A stretch of DNA of 51,854 nt, filler included, from Perkinsus olseni (Eukaryota), in the NCBI GenBank assembly GCA_013115125.1. It is 2 parts of 2 records of this genome, joined end to end, with 100 filler letters (N's around TTAATTAATTAA, not from the genome) between each part and the next. Parts side by side here need not be neighbours in the genome. Positions count along the whole stretch, not along the records: positions 26,020 to 51,854 come from JABANN010000492.1; 1 more part is not named here. One strand, 5' to 3'. Position numbers and translations under genes: made by a program. Below, in pieces: positions 49,264 to 51,854 of the stretch (within the stretch, counting starts at the first letter, position 1; each line of letters starts with the position of its first letter). The notes under the pieces were generated by a model, which worked only from the letters and a program-made list of their open reading frames with translations, did not search any database and was not told the DNA's origin.

Positions 49264-49364
49264 AAAAAAGCATCTACCCAACCATCTCAGACCGCCTCCC
49301 GTGTAACAAATCAACACCTTACGAGAAGGGAGAAACTATCTATGAGAACGGACAATCATCATCA

Positions 49365-51649
49365 CTACTGCTGCTTCTTAGCCTCCTTACTGGGTTCAGG
49401 AGAGGACGATGAAACATCGACACCAGTACGGAGATCACCCGTCATGGTCTTCGTCTTGCCATCCGGGATGTTAATAAGGGTCATCACGTTACCGTTAGAG
49501 GGCATAGGGATCTCATCGACGACGAAGTAGCCCTTCCTCTCGAGCTGGATCCTGTCGCCCTTCTTAAGGGTAGCAGCAATCAGGGGGTCACCCAAGGCCT
49601 TCACGTCGACCTCGGAGTTGGGGTTAACGAGGTCCTCGACATTATCATCATCCTCGATCTTCCTCTTAGTGATAAGATAATCCAACTCACGCAACTTCAA
49701 GTGGGCGAGGTTGTTAACCTTAGCCACCCACTGCAGCTTCTTCTTAGTAGTCTTCACGCTTCCTTCAAGATGCAGATGGCCCTTGAGACCAGTTACCTTA
49801 TCGCCAACCTTGGTAATCTCATCAATAACAGCGTTACCCCAGTGCATCAGAGTGATCTCCTCCCCGTGCTGGAGCTCGGCAGCGTCACCAGCATCGATAA
49901 GAACATGATCAGAAAGCAGTATCAGACGCTTGCCCAGAGCAGGGTTCTTCGGGTGCTTCGGCTCCTCCTTGCCAGTAGGGGTAGACGGGGCCCCGTCCAA
50001 GACCAACTCGACGGCGTCATCACCAACGGCAGCGTAGCGCGGTACGACTGGATCGATCTTCTGCTTATTGATGGTCCAAATTTTGTCCCACTCCATCAGG
50101 TTGCCCGCCTTCGAAGCGCCTTGAGTGAGGACGAAGTCCCTCAGCGCGTCGACGGTCATACCGTGACGGAGGACACCACGGACGGTAGGGAAGCGGGGAT
50201 CGTCCCAGCCCGATACGTAGCCGTGGTCGACGAACCAAGTAAGCTTACGCTTAGACAAAACAGTGTGGACGAAGTTACTACGAGAGAACTCATAGATGGT
50301 GACGTCACGAAGGTCGAGAGTGTCAATAACCCAATGGTACTGCTCGTTGCGATCGGCATACTCGATGGTCCTAAGGGCATGAGTGACACCCTCGATGGAG
50401 TCGATGATAGGACAGCACAAGTCGTAAGTAGGGTAGGCCTTGTACTGGAAGCCCCACTTATGATGAGGTACATCGGTGATGACCCTGTAGAAGGAGGGAT
50501 CCCTCATACACCTGTTTTTGTGGGTCATAGAGATCTTAGCTCGAACCACGCACTTCTGACCAACCTCGGTACCGTTGAGCATCTCGTGCCACAGAGCGAT
50601 GTTCTCATCAACGCTCCTGTCGCGGCACTTAGACTCGACGCCCTTCGACCTCTCTTCACGCATGATGTCCACGGGAGTGTCATCGACGTAAGCCTTGCCC
50701 ATCTTGATCAGCTTTTCCATGTACTTCTGCAAGAGAGGGAAGTTGTCTGACGTGTGAGTGATCTGGTCACCATGGATGCCAAGCATGCCCAGGTCCTCAA
50801 TGATGCTCTGCTCGTACTCGGCCTTCTCCTTGGCAGGGTTGGTATCATCGAAACGGATGATAAGCTTGCCCTTGTAGGCCCTGGCGTAGTAGTCATTGAG
50901 AAGGGCGGCTTTAGCATGACCGATATGAAGATATCCAGAAGGCTCCGGGGGGAATCTCGTGACGACCTTGCCCATCTCGGCGCCAGGCAGTTTATTCTCG
51001 AGGTTAGCCTGGTCCTTGCTCTTGCCCTTCTTGGCCTCCTTCTCACCAGCCGAGGAAGACTGTTGATGGGTACCGTTCTTGAACTCCTCCATAGCCGTGA
51101 TGAAGGCGGGTTGGGCCTCGAGGTACTTCCACCACCGAGAGACGTGAGGGAAGGGCTTCAGCCGGGCAGCACCACCACTACGGGCAATGAGGGCCCACAC
51201 GGCGACGTCAGCAAGGGTGAGGGAGTGACCAACGAGATAGGTCTTGAGGGCAAGGTCATCGTTGATGCTCTTGAGAGTATCATTGCCCAACTTCTGCGTG
51301 GAAGCGACGAGGTCGAACCAAGCTTCCATCTGGGGGCTGGGAGTGCAGAGGCCGTAGCTGGCAGGGGCCGAGCTGGCTATGTAACGAGCCAGGGATAGGT
51401 CACTGCTGAGGAGGGAGGTGACGCCGTTGATCATCACGGAGAGAGTGGCGGTCTCAGGAGCCCTAGGGATCTTCTCTACATGACGGAAAATCACACTGTT
51501 GGGCTTCACGAGGTTGACCAGTGCACCTGACAAAAAACAAGATACCCCTAAGGATAATGAAAGAAGTGTAGCCTACCAGCAATGAGGGAGGTGAGAGGGG
51601 AGTGAAACCCCGACAAGGTAGTGTTGACTACGATCTTTTGGAGTGTCAT
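49365..51649 (-). CDS. GluRS: cytosolic glutamyl-tRNA synthetase with GST-like N-terminal domain
   Basis: Exon 1 51649-51577 (MTLQKIVV...), intron 51576-51527, exon 2 with TRFPPEPSGYLHIGH, RFDDTNP, VLSKRKL, GWDDPRFPT and QLERKGYF. Confidence 0.97.
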
Positions 51650-51854
51650 AATGATGAAGACACGCTCCTTCCAATACGATCTTGAATGGCGGTGTGGAAG
51701 TCTCCTCTTGCGTCGCTCCGCTCAAAAAGCTAATTTTGAATTTTCGGCAACGTGAATCGCTTCGCTTCACCTATCAGCGCGGTGTGAGGAATCAGCGAAG
51801 CGCTCAATACCTCGACCTACGCAAGATCGCTGAGGGCGCTGTCTTCCCAATTCC

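Noticed and set aside
49701-51398. Long plus-strand ORFs (349 aa, 214 aa) opposite GluRS
   Set aside because: Antisense shadows of a codon-biased conserved gene; no motifs of their own.

Overview
Eukaryotic, gene-dense, roughly GC-balanced DNA with many short (about 40-70 nt) GT-AG introns. The style and gene content (e.g. an Fe-SOD with an N-terminal membrane anchor) suggest an alveolate protist, most likely Perkinsus; this is inference. The window is two contigs joined by an artificial 100-nt N linker containing TTAATTAATTAA (25920-26019). Left part: TIR-like membrane protein (partial), F-box/LRR protein, three tandem purine-permease/DMT-like transporters differing in intron content, WBP2-like protein, Fe-SOD, coiled-coil protein, a spliced PD-(D/E)xK nuclease-like gene, RRM-like protein, RIIAD1-like, BART-domain protein, the 5' part of a DDHD phospholipase-like gene and a degenerate hairpin element. 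Right part: two intronless secreted hypotheticals, an HPR/OPR-like helical repeat protein, an 882-bp foldback element with 367-bp near-perfect TIRs and a probable 5-bp TSD, MED4-like, Serinc, TBL1-like, TRM13, a disrupted intronless amino-acid transporter, an acylated acidic protein and cytosolic glutamyl-tRNA synthetase. CDS coordinates are gene spans including introns, assembled by eye; no database searches were run.
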